Part shown: positions 27,720 to 37,541 of the stretch, one piece after another | Layout: every line of letters starts with the position of its first letter | How positions within the stretch are numbered: the first letter of the stretch is position 1 | From: an uncultured Clostridia bacterium | GTDB lineage: Bacteria; Bacillota; Clostridia; Lachnospirales; Lachnospiraceae | Reading direction: 5' to 3' | Assembly: GCA_946403295.1 (NCBI GenBank) | Contig: CAMIZL010000004.1 | Location: 7,113 to 71,112 of the forward strand | Length of the DNA stretch: 64,000 bases | Program-made: the position numbers and the translations under genes | The notes under the pieces: model-generated | Database searches by the model: none | Told to the model about the DNA's origin: nothing | What the model saw: only the letters and a program-made list of their open reading frames with translations

Positions 27720-28436
27720 ATGAGGATATACCCCGCGATAGATATAAGAAACGGCAAGGCTGTCAGGCTCAAGATGGGTAACTACGACGACATGACCGTG
27801 TACGGTGACGATCCCGTGAAGATCGCACTTGATTTCAAGGCACTCGGTGCCCGGTACATACATGTGGTCGATCTTGATGCGGCCCGTGTCGGAGAATCCG
27901 AAAATTCCAAGGTGATCGGAAGGATTGCAACCGAAAGCGGTCTGCCCGTTCAGACCGGAGGCGGAATCAGGACGCTTGAGAATATCGAGACAAAGCTTGC
28001 GGCGGGCGTGAGCAGAGTCATCATCGGAACACGTGCCGTTCAGGAGCCTGAGTTCGTCGGCAAAGCGATCGAACGGTTCGGTGCGGAGAAGATCGTTGTC
28101 GGACTTGACGCCAAGAACGGAATGGCGGCGGTTCACGGCTGGGAAGTCGAGAGTGACAAGACTGTCATAGATCTTGCGGAGCAGTTCCGCGATATGGGTG
28201 TTCAAACCATCGTTTACACCGATATTTCGCGCGACGGCATGCTCAGCGGACCCGACGTGGTCACTACCGAGAAACTTGTTGATATCACGGGACTGGACAT
28301 CATCGCTTCGGGCGGAGTCGGATCGTCTTTCGACCTTGAGAGGCTTGAAGAGATAGGAGTCGAGGGCGTTATTATAGGCAAGGCCTATTACGAGGGTAAA
28401 GTAGATCTCAAGAAGGAAATACCTAAATATTTATAA
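27720..28436 (+). CDS. hisA: ProFAR isomerase HisA
   Basis: 238 aa with IYPAIDIRNGKAVRL, VQTGGGIR, YTDISRDGML and ASGGVGS motifs. Confidence 0.95.
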   Translation: MRIYPAIDIRNGKAVRLKMGNYDDMTVYGDDPVKIALDFKALGARYIHVVDLDAARVGESENSKVIGRIATESGLPVQTGGGIRTLENIETKLAAGVSRVIIGTRAVQEPEFVGKAIERFGAEKIVVGLDAKNGMAAVHGWEVESDKTVIDLAEQFRDMGVQTIVYTDISRDGMLSGPDVVTTEKLVDITGLDIIASGGVGSSFDLERLEEIGVEGVIIGKAYYEGKVDLKKEIPKYL

Positions 28437-28445
28437 GTAACTATA

Positions 28446-28522
28446 AGACGGCCTTCGCTGCCACGTACATTTTTCCAAAAACGCTGACGCCGAAATTGTT
28501 TTTGGAAAAACATACGGGCGCG
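28446..28522. repeat. dispersed ~65-bp hairpin element (copy A), preceded by inverted 14-nt motif agacggccttcgct
   Basis: 28458-28522 ctgccacgtacatttttccaaaaacgctgacgccgaaattgtttttggaaaaacatacgggcgcg is ~90% identical to 46708-46771. TTTTTCCAAAAAC pairs with GTTTTTGGAAAAA. 28446-28459 is the reverse complement of agcgaaggccgtct, found at the start of the 208-bp element. Confidence 0.9.
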
Positions 28523-28620
28523 CTCAGGCCAAATTCAAGAAATAAAAGGAATACGTATAAAAGGCATATGGGCGCGCTCAGACCTAATTTTAGAAATATA
28601 AGGAATACAGATAATAAAGG
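28511..28620. repeat. ~55-bp imperfect tandem duplication upstream of the HisF-like::HisIE gene
   Basis: catacgggcgcgctcaggccaaattcaagaaataaaaggaatacgtataaaagg is followed by catatgggcgcgctcagacctaattttagaaatataaggaatacagataataaagg. Confidence 0.85.
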
Positions 28621-28630
28621 AGTACTATAA

Positions 28631-29926
28631 ATGCAGAAAAGATTGCTTGCGTACATCAACGCGGAGAACGGGATCAGGGACAATCTTTTGGAGACGGCTA
28701 CGCTCTACGAGAATCTCGGAATGGACGGATTGTTCGTCTTTGATCACAGCGAGAACGAGACGGAACGCGAGGAATTTTTACTCCTCGTTAAGGATATGGC
28801 GAGAGTTGTCGACATTCCGATCATCATCGGTTGCCGTGTCGGCAGGTTCGAGGATGTGAAGAAGGCTTTCTATACCGGAGCTGCTGCCGTTTCGATCGAG
28901 CTCATCGATCTTAAGGACATGGCACTCCTCAAGGAGAGCATCGACCGCTTCGGCGCCGCAAATATATACGTTGAGGCCGACATGACGGAGGGAAGCAATT
29001 CTCCCGTACTTGAGGCGCTCAGATCGGGAAGGCTTTCGCCCTCCTGCAACATAATCGCCAAACACACAAGCCGCGATGACGGCATGAAGGATCTGATAGC
29101 GCTTTGCGCGGGCGATCTTATCATCCGCGACAGCCTTGTTCGCAACGATATCGGAGCGCTTATGGCCATCGATAAGGTGAGCGCGGTTTCAACCAACTTC
29201 TACGAGAATACGCTTCGTATCGATGAAGACGGTGCCGTGAAGCACGGCAATATCATGAAGGTCAAGAGATCGCTCGAAAAAGACGGAATCGAGATCAACA
29301 CATTTAAGAGTGCGATCGGGTTTGACGACCTCAAGACGGTTGACGGACTTATCCCTTGCGTAACGCAGGATTACAGGACCGGTCAGGTGCTCATGGTTGC
29401 ATATATGGACAAAGAGGCCTTTGAAAAGACCGTTGAAACCGGTATCATGACATATCACTCAAGAAGCCGTAACGAGCTTTGGGTAAAGGGCCTTACATCG
29501 GGACATTTCCAGTACGTTAAAGAGATCAGCGCGGATTGCGACAAGGACACGCTCCTCGCAAAGGTACGCCAGATCGGTGCCGCCTGCCATACGGGCGAGT
29601 ATTCGTGCTTCTTTAATACAATGGTCCGTCACGATTTTGATGAAAAGAATCCCTATGCCGTTCTCAAGAAGCTTTATGATGTCGTGATCGACAGAAAGAA
29701 GAACCCCAAAGAGGGATCATATACGAATTATCTCTTCGATAAAGGGATCGACAAGATCCTCAAGAAATGCGGAGAGGAAGCTACGGAGATGGTCATTGCG
29801 GCCAAGAATCCGGGAGCCGAGGAACTTAAATACGAGATCGCGGATCTTATGTATCACATGACCGTGCTTATGGCCGAATGCGGGATCGACTGGGACGACG
29901 TTATGGGAGAACTTGCTAACAGATAA
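28631..29926 (+). CDS. hisIE: fusion protein: divergent HisF/HisA-like barrel + phosphoribosyl-AMP cyclohydrolase (HisI) + phosphoribosyl-ATP pyrophosphatase (HisE)
   Basis: 431 aa. Residues ~1-235 align by eye with HisF ([26 protein letters not shown]) but read YINA where HisF has CLDV. Residues ~236-335 are HisI ([50 protein letters not shown]). The C-terminus is HisE (SYTNYLF..., [25 protein letters not shown]). Confidence 0.85.
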   Translation: MQKRLLAYINAENGIRDNLLETATLYENLGMDGLFVFDHSENETEREEFLLLVKDMARVVDIPIIIGCRVGRFEDVKKAFYTGAAAVSIELIDLKDMALLKESIDRFGAANIYVEADMTEGSNSPVLEALRSGRLSPSCNIIAKHTSRDDGMKDLIALCAGDLIIRDSLVRNDIGALMAIDKVSAVSTNFYENTLRIDEDGAVKHGNIMKVKRSLEKDGIEINTFKSAIGFDDLKTVDGLIPCVTQDYRTGQVLMVAYMDKEAFEKTVETGIMTYHSRSRNELWVKGLTSGHFQYVKEISADCDKDTLLAKVRQIGAACHTGEYSCFFNTMVRHDFDEKNPYAVLKKLYDVVIDRKKNPKEGSYTNYLFDKGIDKILKKCGEEATEMVIAAKNPGAEELKYEIADLMYHMTVLMAECGIDWDDVMGELANR

Positions 29927-30028
29927 AGATTGGGCATGGTAAACGACCGGAAGCCGGAACGGGTGAAAACGACGCAGAGACAAAACGGGTGAAACCGTCA
30001 CAATGACTTAACGACCGGGAGGGACAGG

Positions 30029-30583
30029 ATGAAGATCACAAACGCAAAGAACGATATCGAGTATGTACTTTTCTCTGAGGAGACGATAAGAGCGAGAGTT
30101 GCCGAGCTTGGAAAGCAGCTCACCGAGATGTATAAGGACAGCGAACCGATCATGGTCTGCATCCTTAAGGGCGCATCTATTTTCTATACGGACCTTTGCA
30201 GACAGATGAAGACACAGCTGCATATGGACTTCATGGTGGTATCGAGCTACGGTAACGAGACCCAGTCCTCGGGTGCGGTAAGACTTATCAAGGATCTTGA
30301 CAATACGATCCTCGACAGGGATGTTGTAATTGTTGAGGACATCATCGATTCGGGACTTACGCTCAAATATCTGAAAGAGATCCTTCTTTCACGCAAGCCC
30401 CGTTCCGTCAGGACCGTTTGCCTGCTTGACAAATTCGAGTGTCATCCGGCCGAGATCGGTTGCGATATAAGCGGTTTCTCGATCAACGACAAGTTCGTTG
30501 TGGGATATGGTCTGGACTATGCGGACTATTACAGAAATCTCCCCTACATCGGAGTTTTGAAGAAAGAAGTATATTCCGACTGA
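30029..30583 (+). CDS. hpt: hypoxanthine phosphoribosyltransferase
   Basis: 184 aa with a PRPP-binding motif (VVIVEDIIDSGLTL) and a typical Hpt C-terminus (FVVGYGLDYADYYRNLPYIGVL). Confidence 0.9.
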   Translation: MKITNAKNDIEYVLFSEETIRARVAELGKQLTEMYKDSEPIMVCILKGASIFYTDLCRQMKTQLHMDFMVVSSYGNETQSSGAVRLIKDLDNTILDRDVVIVEDIIDSGLTLKYLKEILLSRKPRSVRTVCLLDKFECHPAEIGCDISGFSINDKFVVGYGLDYADYYRNLPYIGVLKKEVYSD

Positions 30584-30600
30584 AACTTCAGAAAAACTGC

Positions 30601-30629
30601 TTGCATTTTGCAGTTCGTGGTGTTAAGAT
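30601..30629 (+). promoter_or_regulatory. candidate promoter of the rimP-nusA-infB operon
   Basis: TTGCAT (30601-30606), 17 nt, TAAGAT (30624-30629). Confidence 0.4.
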
Positions 30630-30650
30630 TATATATGGTAATGTTGTATG

Positions 30651-30683
30651 AAGAGTGGACTGCGAGGGTCCACTCTTTCATTT
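30651..30683 (+). terminator. stem-loop plus T-rich tail in rimP leader (hpt terminator and/or leader attenuator)
   Basis: aagagtggac / tgcgag / ggtccactctt followed by tcattt. Lies 70 nt after the hpt stop and 20 nt after the candidate -10. Confidence 0.45.
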
Positions 30684-30772
30684 ATGTGATGAGCAGATGC
30701 AGTCTCGCATACACGGCTGATGACTGACCGGGCCAATCATATGGGGCTCTTAAAACCCCGAAGGAAAAGCAT

Positions 30773-31240
30773 ATGGCAAAAAAAGAATCGTATGAGCAGG
30801 CGGCGACGGAACTTGCTTTAAAAGTCACCGGGCCTCTCGGACTCGAACTCGTGGATGTTGAGTTCGTAAAGGAAGGCGGAGAATTTTACCTGCGTATCTA
30901 CATTGACAAAGAAGGCGGCGTCAGGATCGATGATTGCGAGGCGGCAAGCAGAAAGATCAGCGATCTGCTCGATGAAACGGATCCCATAAGCGAGGCGTAC
31001 ATCTTAGAGGTGAGCTCGCCGGGACTCTTCAGAGTCCTAAAGAAGGACAAGGATTTCGAGCGCAACATCGGAAAAACGGTGCTTATCAAATTCTTTAAGG
31101 CGACAGACGGAGAGAAACAGATCCGCGGTGAACTTGAAAGCTTTGATGCATCAACGTTTGTGCTGAAAACCGAAGCAGGCAGCATAAGCGTTCAAAGAGA
31201 AAATGTTGCAAAGATCTCGCTCGACCCCGATCTTTCGTGA
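30773..31240 (+). CDS. rimP: ribosome maturation factor RimP
   Basis: 155 aa with LELVDVEFVKEGGEFYLRIYID and LEVSSPG motifs. Position upstream of nusA. Confidence 0.9.
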   Translation: MAKKESYEQAATELALKVTGPLGLELVDVEFVKEGGEFYLRIYIDKEGGVRIDDCEAASRKISDLLDETDPISEAYILEVSSPGLFRVLKKDKDFERNIGKTVLIKFFKATDGEKQIRGELESFDASTFVLKTEAGSISVQRENVAKISLDPDLS

Positions 31241-31281
31241 CCATGAAAACAAAAAATATCAGATAAAAGGATAATAATGAC

Positions 31282-32382
31282 ATGAAGAATAAGGAATCAC
31301 AAGACAGGAGGACAAAAGAAAACATGGACGGGAACAAGGAACTGATCGAAGCACTCGACATGCTCGAGAAGGAGAAGGAGATCAGCAAGGAAGTAATGCT
31401 TGAGGCGATCGAAACATCGCTTCTTGCCGCATGCAAGAACCAGTTCGGCAAGGCGGACAACATCAAGGTGAACATCAGCCGTACGACAGGTGCGGTCAAG
31501 GTCATCGCTCAAAAGACGGTCGTTGCGGAAGTAACAGACCCTTCGCTTGAGATATCGGTTGATGATGCAGGCGCTCTTTATCCCACAGAGGAGATCAAAG
31601 AGGGTGATGTTGTGAACGTTGAGGTTACTCCAAAGAACTTCTACAGGATCTCGGCGCAGAAGGCTAAGCAGACTGTTGTTCAGAAGATCCGTGAGGAAGA
31701 GAGAAGGATCCTCTACATGCAGTACATCGGCATCGAGCATGAAGTGGTTACAGGTACCGTTCAGAGATTTGTCGGCAATAACATAAGCATTAATCTCGGC
31801 AAGGTTGACGCTCTTCTTACAGAGAACGAGCAGATCTACGGCGAGACATATAATCTCGGTGACCGTATCAAGGTTTATGTTACAAAGGTTGAGGACAATT
31901 CACGCGGACCCAGGATCACCGTTTCGAGAGCTCACAGAGACCTTGTTAAGCGTCTTTTTGAGGAAGAAGTTACAGAGGTTCGTGAGGGTATCGTCGAGAT
32001 CAAGAGCATTTCCCGTGAAGCGGGAGCCAGAACAAAGATGGCCGTATGGTCAAATGACCCTAACATCGATCCCGTCGGTGCTTGTGTAGGTCTTAACGGT
32101 CAAAGAGTGAATTCGATCGTTGAGGAGCTCAAGGGCGAGAAGATCGATATCATCGTCTGGGATGACGATCCCGCAAGACTCATTGAGAACGCTTTGAGTC
32201 CCGCGAAGGTTGTTTCCGTGGACGTTGATGTCTATGAGAAGAGCGCAAAGGTCGTTGTTCCCGATTATCAGCTGTCACTTGCGATCGGTAAGGAAGGACA
32301 GAATGCACGTCTTGCAGCAAGGCTTACCGGCTACAAGATCGATATCAAGAGCGAGACCCAGAACGCGGAGGGATATTATTAA
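31282..32382 (+). CDS. nusA: transcription termination/antitermination factor NusA
   Basis: Contains an S1 domain and two KH domains (GACVGLNGQRVNSI, AIGKEGQNARLAARLTG). The start is ambiguous. ATG 31324 (MDGNKELIEALDMLEKEK, GGAGG 12 nt upstream) fits the usual NusA N-terminus better than the first ATG at 31282. Confidence 0.9.
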   Translation: MKNKESQDRRTKENMDGNKELIEALDMLEKEKEISKEVMLEAIETSLLAACKNQFGKADNIKVNISRTTGAVKVIAQKTVVAEVTDPSLEISVDDAGALYPTEEIKEGDVVNVEVTPKNFYRISAQKAKQTVVQKIREEERRILYMQYIGIEHEVVTGTVQRFVGNNISINLGKVDALLTENEQIYGETYNLGDRIKVYVTKVEDNSRGPRITVSRAHRDLVKRLFEEEVTEVREGIVEIKSISREAGARTKMAVWSNDPNIDPVGACVGLNGQRVNSIVEELKGEKIDIIVWDDDPARLIENALSPAKVVSVDVDVYEKSAKVVVPDYQLSLAIGKEGQNARLAARLTGYKIDIKSETQNAEGYY

Positions 32383-32660
32383 TGGCAAAGGGCAAGATAC
32401 CCGTTCGTAAATGTACGGGTTGCGGTGAGATGAAACCCAAGAGGGAGATGGTCAGGGTGATCCTGACACCCGAGGAGAACATCGAGCTTGATCTGACGGG
32501 AAAGAAAAACGGTCGCGGCGCATATATATGTCGTGATCGTCAATGCCTTGAAACGGCGCTCAAAACACATGGGCTCGAAAGATCGCTTAAGACCGCCATT
32601 CCCGCAGAGATCGCACAGGAACTCGTAAAGGAACTTGAAACCGGACCGGCAGAGGAATGA
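32382..32660 (+). CDS. ylxR: YlxR-family (DUF448) RNA-binding protein
   Basis: 92 aa with RKCTGCGEMKPKREMVRV and GRGAYIC motifs. The start overlaps the nusA stop by 1 nt. Confidence 0.85.
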   Translation: MAKGKIPVRKCTGCGEMKPKREMVRVILTPEENIELDLTGKKNGRGAYICRDRQCLETALKTHGLERSLKTAIPAEIAQELVKELETGPAEE

Positions 32661-32696
32661 CCGGGGATCGAAAACATTTCCCGGGAGGAGATATTT

Positions 32697-33005
32697 ATGA
32701 AGCAGGATAAAGCGTACAGCCTCCTCGGACTTGCCAAAAGGGCAGGAAGGATCGCGGCAGGAGAATTCCTTACGGAGAAATCCGTTAAAGGCGGAAAGTC
32801 GGCGCTGTGTATCGTGGCGTGTGATGCCTCGGACAACACCAAGAAGAATTTCCGGGATATGTGCAATTACTACGGAGTTGATTATGTCGAGTACGGAGAT
32901 AAAGACGGACTCGGACATGCGACAGGAACAGAGATGCGCGCAAGTTTGTCGGTAAACGACGAAGGATTTGCCGCAAAACTCAAGACACTCATTACAGAGA
33001 ATTAA
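32697..33005 (+). CDS. L7Ae/YlxQ-family ribosomal-protein-like RNA-binding protein
   Basis: 102 aa. LLGLAKRAGRIAAGE is the typical YlxQ motif. Conserved position between ylxR and infB. Confidence 0.85.
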   Translation: MKQDKAYSLLGLAKRAGRIAAGEFLTEKSVKGGKSALCIVACDASDNTKKNFRDMCNYYGVDYVEYGDKDGLGHATGTEMRASLSVNDEGFAAKLKTLITEN

Positions 33006-33049
33006 CCCTTATAAATGGGGATTAGGATAACAGAGGAGAACTAAAAGGA

Positions 33050-35914
33050 ATGCCAAGCAATCAAACGATCACAATTCGCAGAAAGGACGGAACAGCCACC
33101 AAATACTTTGTTGATGAGAACAACTGGCTTGTCAATGCTCAGACCAACGAGAAGTCTGACATGAGAATGACGGCCGAGGGTATCGTCAATAAGGAGGGTA
33201 AGCTGCTCCAGAAAAAGAGCGCACCTGCCGGTGAGGGCTCGCGCAGACCGGCTTCCGGTGAAAAATCGCAGGGAAGTCGCGCACAGAAGCCCGTGTCACA
33301 GGTTTTTGACGGACGCTCCGAGAGAGATAAGAGAGCCATTGCTTCTGCAGCGACTCCCTCAGTCAGCAGAGGAAGCAGAAAGGCGCTTACCGAAACCCTT
33401 GGCGATAAGATAAAGGGCTTTGAGATCGATACTTCGGCTGAAAGTATAGATTATTCGCAGCTTCCGAAGAAAAAGAAGAAGGAGATCGAGCTTCCTCCCA
33501 ATCCCCTTAAAGCAGCTAAGGCTGCGGAAACACCTGTCGTCAATGATGAGCAGGAAGAGGTTAAGCCCGTTCATCAGGCAGCACCTGCCCGCAGAGAGGC
33601 TCGTCCCGAAAGAGAGACACGTTCGGGTGAACAAAGAGAGCCGAGAGCTCAGAGAGACGGCGCAAGAGACGGCGAGCGTCCCGCAAGACGTCCCGAAGGA
33701 GGACAAAGAGGGGATCGTCCCGCACCCGGCAGAGACAGGGGCGGTGCACCTGCAGGCGGTCGTCCCGGATTTAGTCGCGAGGGCGGCAGAGACGGCGGCA
33801 GACCTCAGGGCGGTCGTTCGTTCGGCGGCGAAGGCAGAGGCCAGGGCGGCGGTCGTTCATTCGGCGCAGACCGTGGCGGATTCGCAGGTAAGGATGAAGA
33901 GCCGGTACGTCGTAATTTCAGCAAGAAGAGCGATTCGCGCTCGGGCGGCATGAGAGATCTTCCGAGCGATATGGGCGGAAGAAGCAGTGCGCGTGCAGAC
34001 AATCTTAAAGACAGAAGCCGTGATAAGAATCGTAAAGACAGAAATACAGCCTTTGATGAAGACGGCATGAGAAACGGAAAGCAGAAGAAAGATCCCAACC
34101 GTAAGGGAGCTTTCCAGAAGCCCGTTGCAAAGCCCAAGGAAGAGGTTGTTGACGATATCAAGACGATCACACTTCCCGAAGTGATCACCATAAAGGATCT
34201 TGCCGATAAGATGAAGCAGTCTCCGGCTACTATCATCAAGAAGCTTTTCATGGGCGGCAAGATGGTAAACCTCAATTCGGAGATCTCGTATGAGGAAGCC
34301 GAAGAGATCGCAATGGAATATGAGATCCTTTGCGAGAAAGAAGTCAAGGTCAATATCGTTGAGGAACTCCTCAAGGATACGGAAGAAGAGGATCCTTCGA
34401 CACTTGTTAAGCGTCCTCCCGTTGTCTGCGTAATGGGTCACGTTGACCATGGTAAGACATCACTCCTTGACGCTATCAGAAAGACAAACGTAACCGCACG
34501 CGAGGCGGGCGGGATCACACAGCACATCGGTGCATACATGGTTGAGATCGGCGGAAGAAAGATCACATTCCTTGATACACCCGGTCATGAAGCATTTACA
34601 TCGATGCGTATGCGTGGAGCAAAATCAACGGATATCGCGATCCTCGTTGTAGCGGCAGACGACGGCGTTATGCCCCAGACCATAGAGGCTATCAACCATG
34701 CAAAGGCTGCCGGCGTACAGATCATCGTAGCAGTTAACAAGATAGATAAACCCGGTGCAAATGTAGACCGTGTTAAGCAGGAGCTTATCGAGCACGGCCT
34801 TGTTTCCGAAGAATGGGGCGGCGACGTTGTATTCGCACCCGTTTCGGCAAAGACCGGCGAAGGTATCGAGAACCTTCTCGAGATGGTCCTTCTTACAGCC
34901 GATGTGCTTGAACTTCAGGCAAATCCGAATCGCAAGGCACGTGGTATCGTTATCGAGGCACAGCTTGACAAGGGACGCGGTCCCGTTGCAACAGTACTCA
35001 TCCAGAAGGGTACCTTAAATGTCGGCGAAAACGTTGCCATCGGCGCAGCACACGGTAAAGTACGTGCGATGATCGATGATAACGGTCAGAAAGTTAAGAC
35101 GGCAACACCTTCGACCCCCGTTGAGATCCTCGGTCTCAATGCGGTTCCCGAAGCAGGCGAGGTAATGCTTGCCGTATCGGATGAGAAGGAAGCCAGAAAT
35201 ATCGCTGCCGCATTCATTTCGCAGAATAAAGAGAAACTCATTGCCGAGACTAAGGCCCGCATGAGTCTCGACGGACTCTTCTCACAGATCCAGGCCGGTG
35301 AAGTTAAGGAACTTAACCTCATCGTCAAGGCCGACGTTATGGGTTCGGTTGAGGCTGTTAAGCAGAGTCTCGAGAAACTCAGCAATGACGAAGTCGTTGT
35401 TCGTGTCATCCACGGCGGCGTAGGTAATATCAATGAATCCGACGTTACACTTGCAAGCGCAAGTAACGCGATCATCATCGGCTTCAACGTTAAGCCCGAC
35501 AACACGGCAAAGGATATCGCAGAGCGTGAGAATGTCGATGTTAAGCTTTACAGAGTCATCTACGATGCGATCAACGATATCGAATCCGCTATGAAGGGCA
35601 TGCTTAAGCCTATATACGAAGAGCGAGTTATCGCTCATGCGGAGATCAGACAGCTCTTCAAGGCATCCGGTCTCGGCGTTATCGCAGGTTCATATGTGCT
35701 TGACGGTAAGGTTGAAAGAGGATGCTCGGCACGTATCTCAAGAGGCGGCGAGCAGATCTACGACGGACCTCTTGCATCCCTTAAGAGATTTAAGGATGAT
35801 GTCAAGGAAGTTGCGGCCGGTTACGAGTGCGGTTTCGTATTTGAGAAATTTAACGATATCGCCGAGCTCGATCAGGTAGAATTCTACAAGATGGTCGAGA
35901 TCCCGAGAACCTGA
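33050..35914 (+). CDS. infB: translation initiation factor IF-2
   Basis: 954 aa. Arg/Gly-rich N-terminal region, then GTPase motifs ([26 protein letters not shown]) and a conserved C-terminal domain. Confidence 0.95.
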   Translation: MPSNQTITIRRKDGTATKYFVDENNWLVNAQTNEKSDMRMTAEGIVNKEGKLLQKKSAPAGEGSRRPASGEKSQGSRAQKPVSQVFDGRSERDKRAIASAATPSVSRGSRKALTETLGDKIKGFEIDTSAESIDYSQLPKKKKKEIELPPNPLKAAKAAETPVVNDEQEEVKPVHQAAPARREARPERETRSGEQREPRAQRDGARDGERPARRPEGGQRGDRPAPGRDRGGAPAGGRPGFSREGGRDGGRPQGGRSFGGEGRGQGGGRSFGADRGGFAGKDEEPVRRNFSKKSDSRSGGMRDLPSDMGGRSSARADNLKDRSRDKNRKDRNTAFDEDGMRNGKQKKDPNRKGAFQKPVAKPKEEVVDDIKTITLPEVITIKDLADKMKQSPATIIKKLFMGGKMVNLNSEISYEEAEEIAMEYEILCEKEVKVNIVEELLKDTEEEDPSTLVKRPPVVCVMGHVDHGKTSLLDAIRKTNVTAREAGGITQHIGAYMVEIGGRKITFLDTPGHEAFTSMRMRGAKSTDIAILVVAADDGVMPQTIEAINHAKAAGVQIIVAVNKIDKPGANVDRVKQELIEHGLVSEEWGGDVVFAPVSAKTGEGIENLLEMVLLTADVLELQANPNRKARGIVIEAQLDKGRGPVATVLIQKGTLNVGENVAIGAAHGKVRAMIDDNGQKVKTATPSTPVEILGLNAVPEAGEVMLAVSDEKEARNIAAAFISQNKEKLIAETKARMSLDGLFSQIQAGEVKELNLIVKADVMGSVEAVKQSLEKLSNDEVVVRVIHGGVGNINESDVTLASASNAIIIGFNVKPDNTAKDIAERENVDVKLYRVIYDAINDIESAMKGMLKPIYEERVIAHAEIRQLFKASGLGVIAGSYVLDGKVERGCSARISRGGEQIYDGPLASLKRFKDDVKEVAAGYECGFVFEKFNDIAELDQVEFYKMVEIPRT

Positions 35915-35931
35915 CGGATCCTTACATCGGG

Positions 35932-36024
35932 ACGGGGCGAAGCTGCCGCGTGATACGGGGCGAAGCTGCCGCATGATACGGGGGCAAAGCTGCCACGTGA
36001 TACGGGGAGAAGCTGCCGCGTGAT
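35932..36024. repeat. 23/24-bp tandem repeat (4 units) between infB and rbfA
   Basis: acgggg(c/a)gaagctgccgc(g/a)tgat occurs four times head to tail (35932-54, 35955-77, 35978-36001, 36002-24). Confidence 0.95.
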
Positions 36025-36076
36025 ATCGGGCGGGTAAAAGGACTCAATATAAACGTTACACAGGAGGGTGGTCTCC

Positions 36077-36463
36077 ATGAGAAAAAACAGTATCAAAAAC
36101 AACAGGATCAACCGTGAATTCCAGCGTGAGCTTTCGGAACTCATCAATAACGAGATCAAAGATCCGCGCATTGCGCCGATGGTATCGGTTGTTTCGGTTG
36201 AGGTTGCTCCCGACTTAAAGACATCGAAGATATACATATCTGTACTCGGTGATCTTGAGGCGCAGGAAAACACATTGAAGGGATTAAAGAGTGCGGCTCC
36301 GTTCTTACGCAGCCAGCTCGCCCATAACTTAAACATGCGTAACACACCGGAACTTACGTTCATAGTCGATCAGTCGATCGAATACGGTGTGAACATGTCT
36401 CATCTTATCGATGAGGTGATAGAGGCCGATGAGGCTTCAAAGGCAGACAGCTCTGACGAATGA
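36077..36463 (+). CDS. rbfA: ribosome-binding factor A
   Basis: 128 aa from ATG 36077 (GGAGG 9 nt upstream; the track's GTG at 36068 abuts the RBS). Motifs RINREFQRELSELI and DPRI...VSVVSVEVAPDLKTSKIYIS. Confidence 0.9.
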   Translation: MRKNSIKNNRINREFQRELSELINNEIKDPRIAPMVSVVSVEVAPDLKTSKIYISVLGDLEAQENTLKGLKSAAPFLRSQLAHNLNMRNTPELTFIVDQSIEYGVNMSHLIDEVIEADEASKADSSDE

Positions 36464-36530
36464 TCTGCCGGAGGGTTTATGTTCGGTAATTGGGATGCCG
36501 TAAGATTCGAGGCATCATGAGAGGGACTTA

Positions 36531-37487
36531 ATGGCATTTGATAAACAAACATTTTGGGAGGATATAAGCGCTGCCGGAACGATCGGTATCGCAGGACACA
36601 TCAGACCCGACGGCGATTGTGTCGGAAGTGCGCTCGGACTGGCATGCTATATCCGTGATAATTTCGGAAAAGATCCGATCGTCTTCCTGGAAGATTTGCC
36701 TGCGGCGTTTGCTTTCCTCGAAGGAGCGGACAAGGTTCTTACGGGATTTCCGTCAAGTGAGCCTTTCGATCTTTTTATCGCGGTTGACTGCGGCGACGAG
36801 GGTCGTCTCGGAAAAGCCATGAACTATGTAAAAGAAGCGAGAAAGACTTATTGCATAGATCATCACGCTACGAGCACGGGATTCCTTGAGAACAATCTTG
36901 TAAAGCCGGAAGCGGCTGCAACGGCACAGATCATCTATACTCTCTGTGACGATAAAGGGATAAGCAAAGGATGCGCCGAAGCCCTTTATCTCGGAATCGT
37001 GCATGATACGGGGGTTTTCAAGCATTCCTGCACAACGCGCGAAACGATGGAGGTTGCCGGAGCGCTTCTCGACCACGGCGTATCTTCTTCAAGGATCATT
37101 GACGGAACATTTTTTGAAAAGACATATCTTCAAAACCAGATACTCGGACGCTGTTTGATGGAGAGTATCCTTTGTCTCGACGGCAGGGTGATCTTTTCGG
37201 CGATAGACAGAAAGACCATTAATTTTTATGGTCTCGGACCCGCCGACACGGAAGGGATCATCGATCAGCTTCGCGTCACAAAGGGAGTTGAGGTAGCGAT
37301 CCTCATCAGGGAATTGACACCCCGCTCATGGCGTGTGAGCATGAGATCGTGCGAGATCGTTGATGTCGCAAAGATCTGCACGCTGTTCGGAGGCGGAGGA
37401 CACGTGAGAGCTGCCGGCGCAACAATGAGCGGCTCGAGACGCGACGTGATCAATAACCTCACGGCCGAGATCGAGAAACAACTTTAA
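36531..37487 (+). CDS. nrnA: DHH-family phosphoesterase (NrnA-like oligoribonuclease/pAp phosphatase)
   Basis: 318 aa with DHH motifs (GHIRPDGDCVGS, VDCGD, IDHH) and DHHA1 GGGH near the C-terminus. Confidence 0.85.
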   Translation: MAFDKQTFWEDISAAGTIGIAGHIRPDGDCVGSALGLACYIRDNFGKDPIVFLEDLPAAFAFLEGADKVLTGFPSSEPFDLFIAVDCGDEGRLGKAMNYVKEARKTYCIDHHATSTGFLENNLVKPEAAATAQIIYTLCDDKGISKGCAEALYLGIVHDTGVFKHSCTTRETMEVAGALLDHGVSSSRIIDGTFFEKTYLQNQILGRCLMESILCLDGRVIFSAIDRKTINFYGLGPADTEGIIDQLRVTKGVEVAILIRELTPRSWRVSMRSCEIVDVAKICTLFGGGGHVRAAGATMSGSRRDVINNLTAEIEKQL

Positions 37488-37540
37488 GGCGAGACCGAAA
37501 ACAGATTTAAGGCAAGACCGAAAACAGATTTAAGGCGAGG
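37484..37540. repeat. 23-bp tandem duplication (2.5 units) spanning nrnA stop codon and truB RBS
   Basis: ttaaggc(g/a)agaccgaaaacagat occurs at 37484-37506 and 37507-37529, with a partial ttaaggcgagg at 37530-37540. The nrnA TAA lies in unit 1. Confidence 0.95.
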
Positions 37541-37541
37541 C

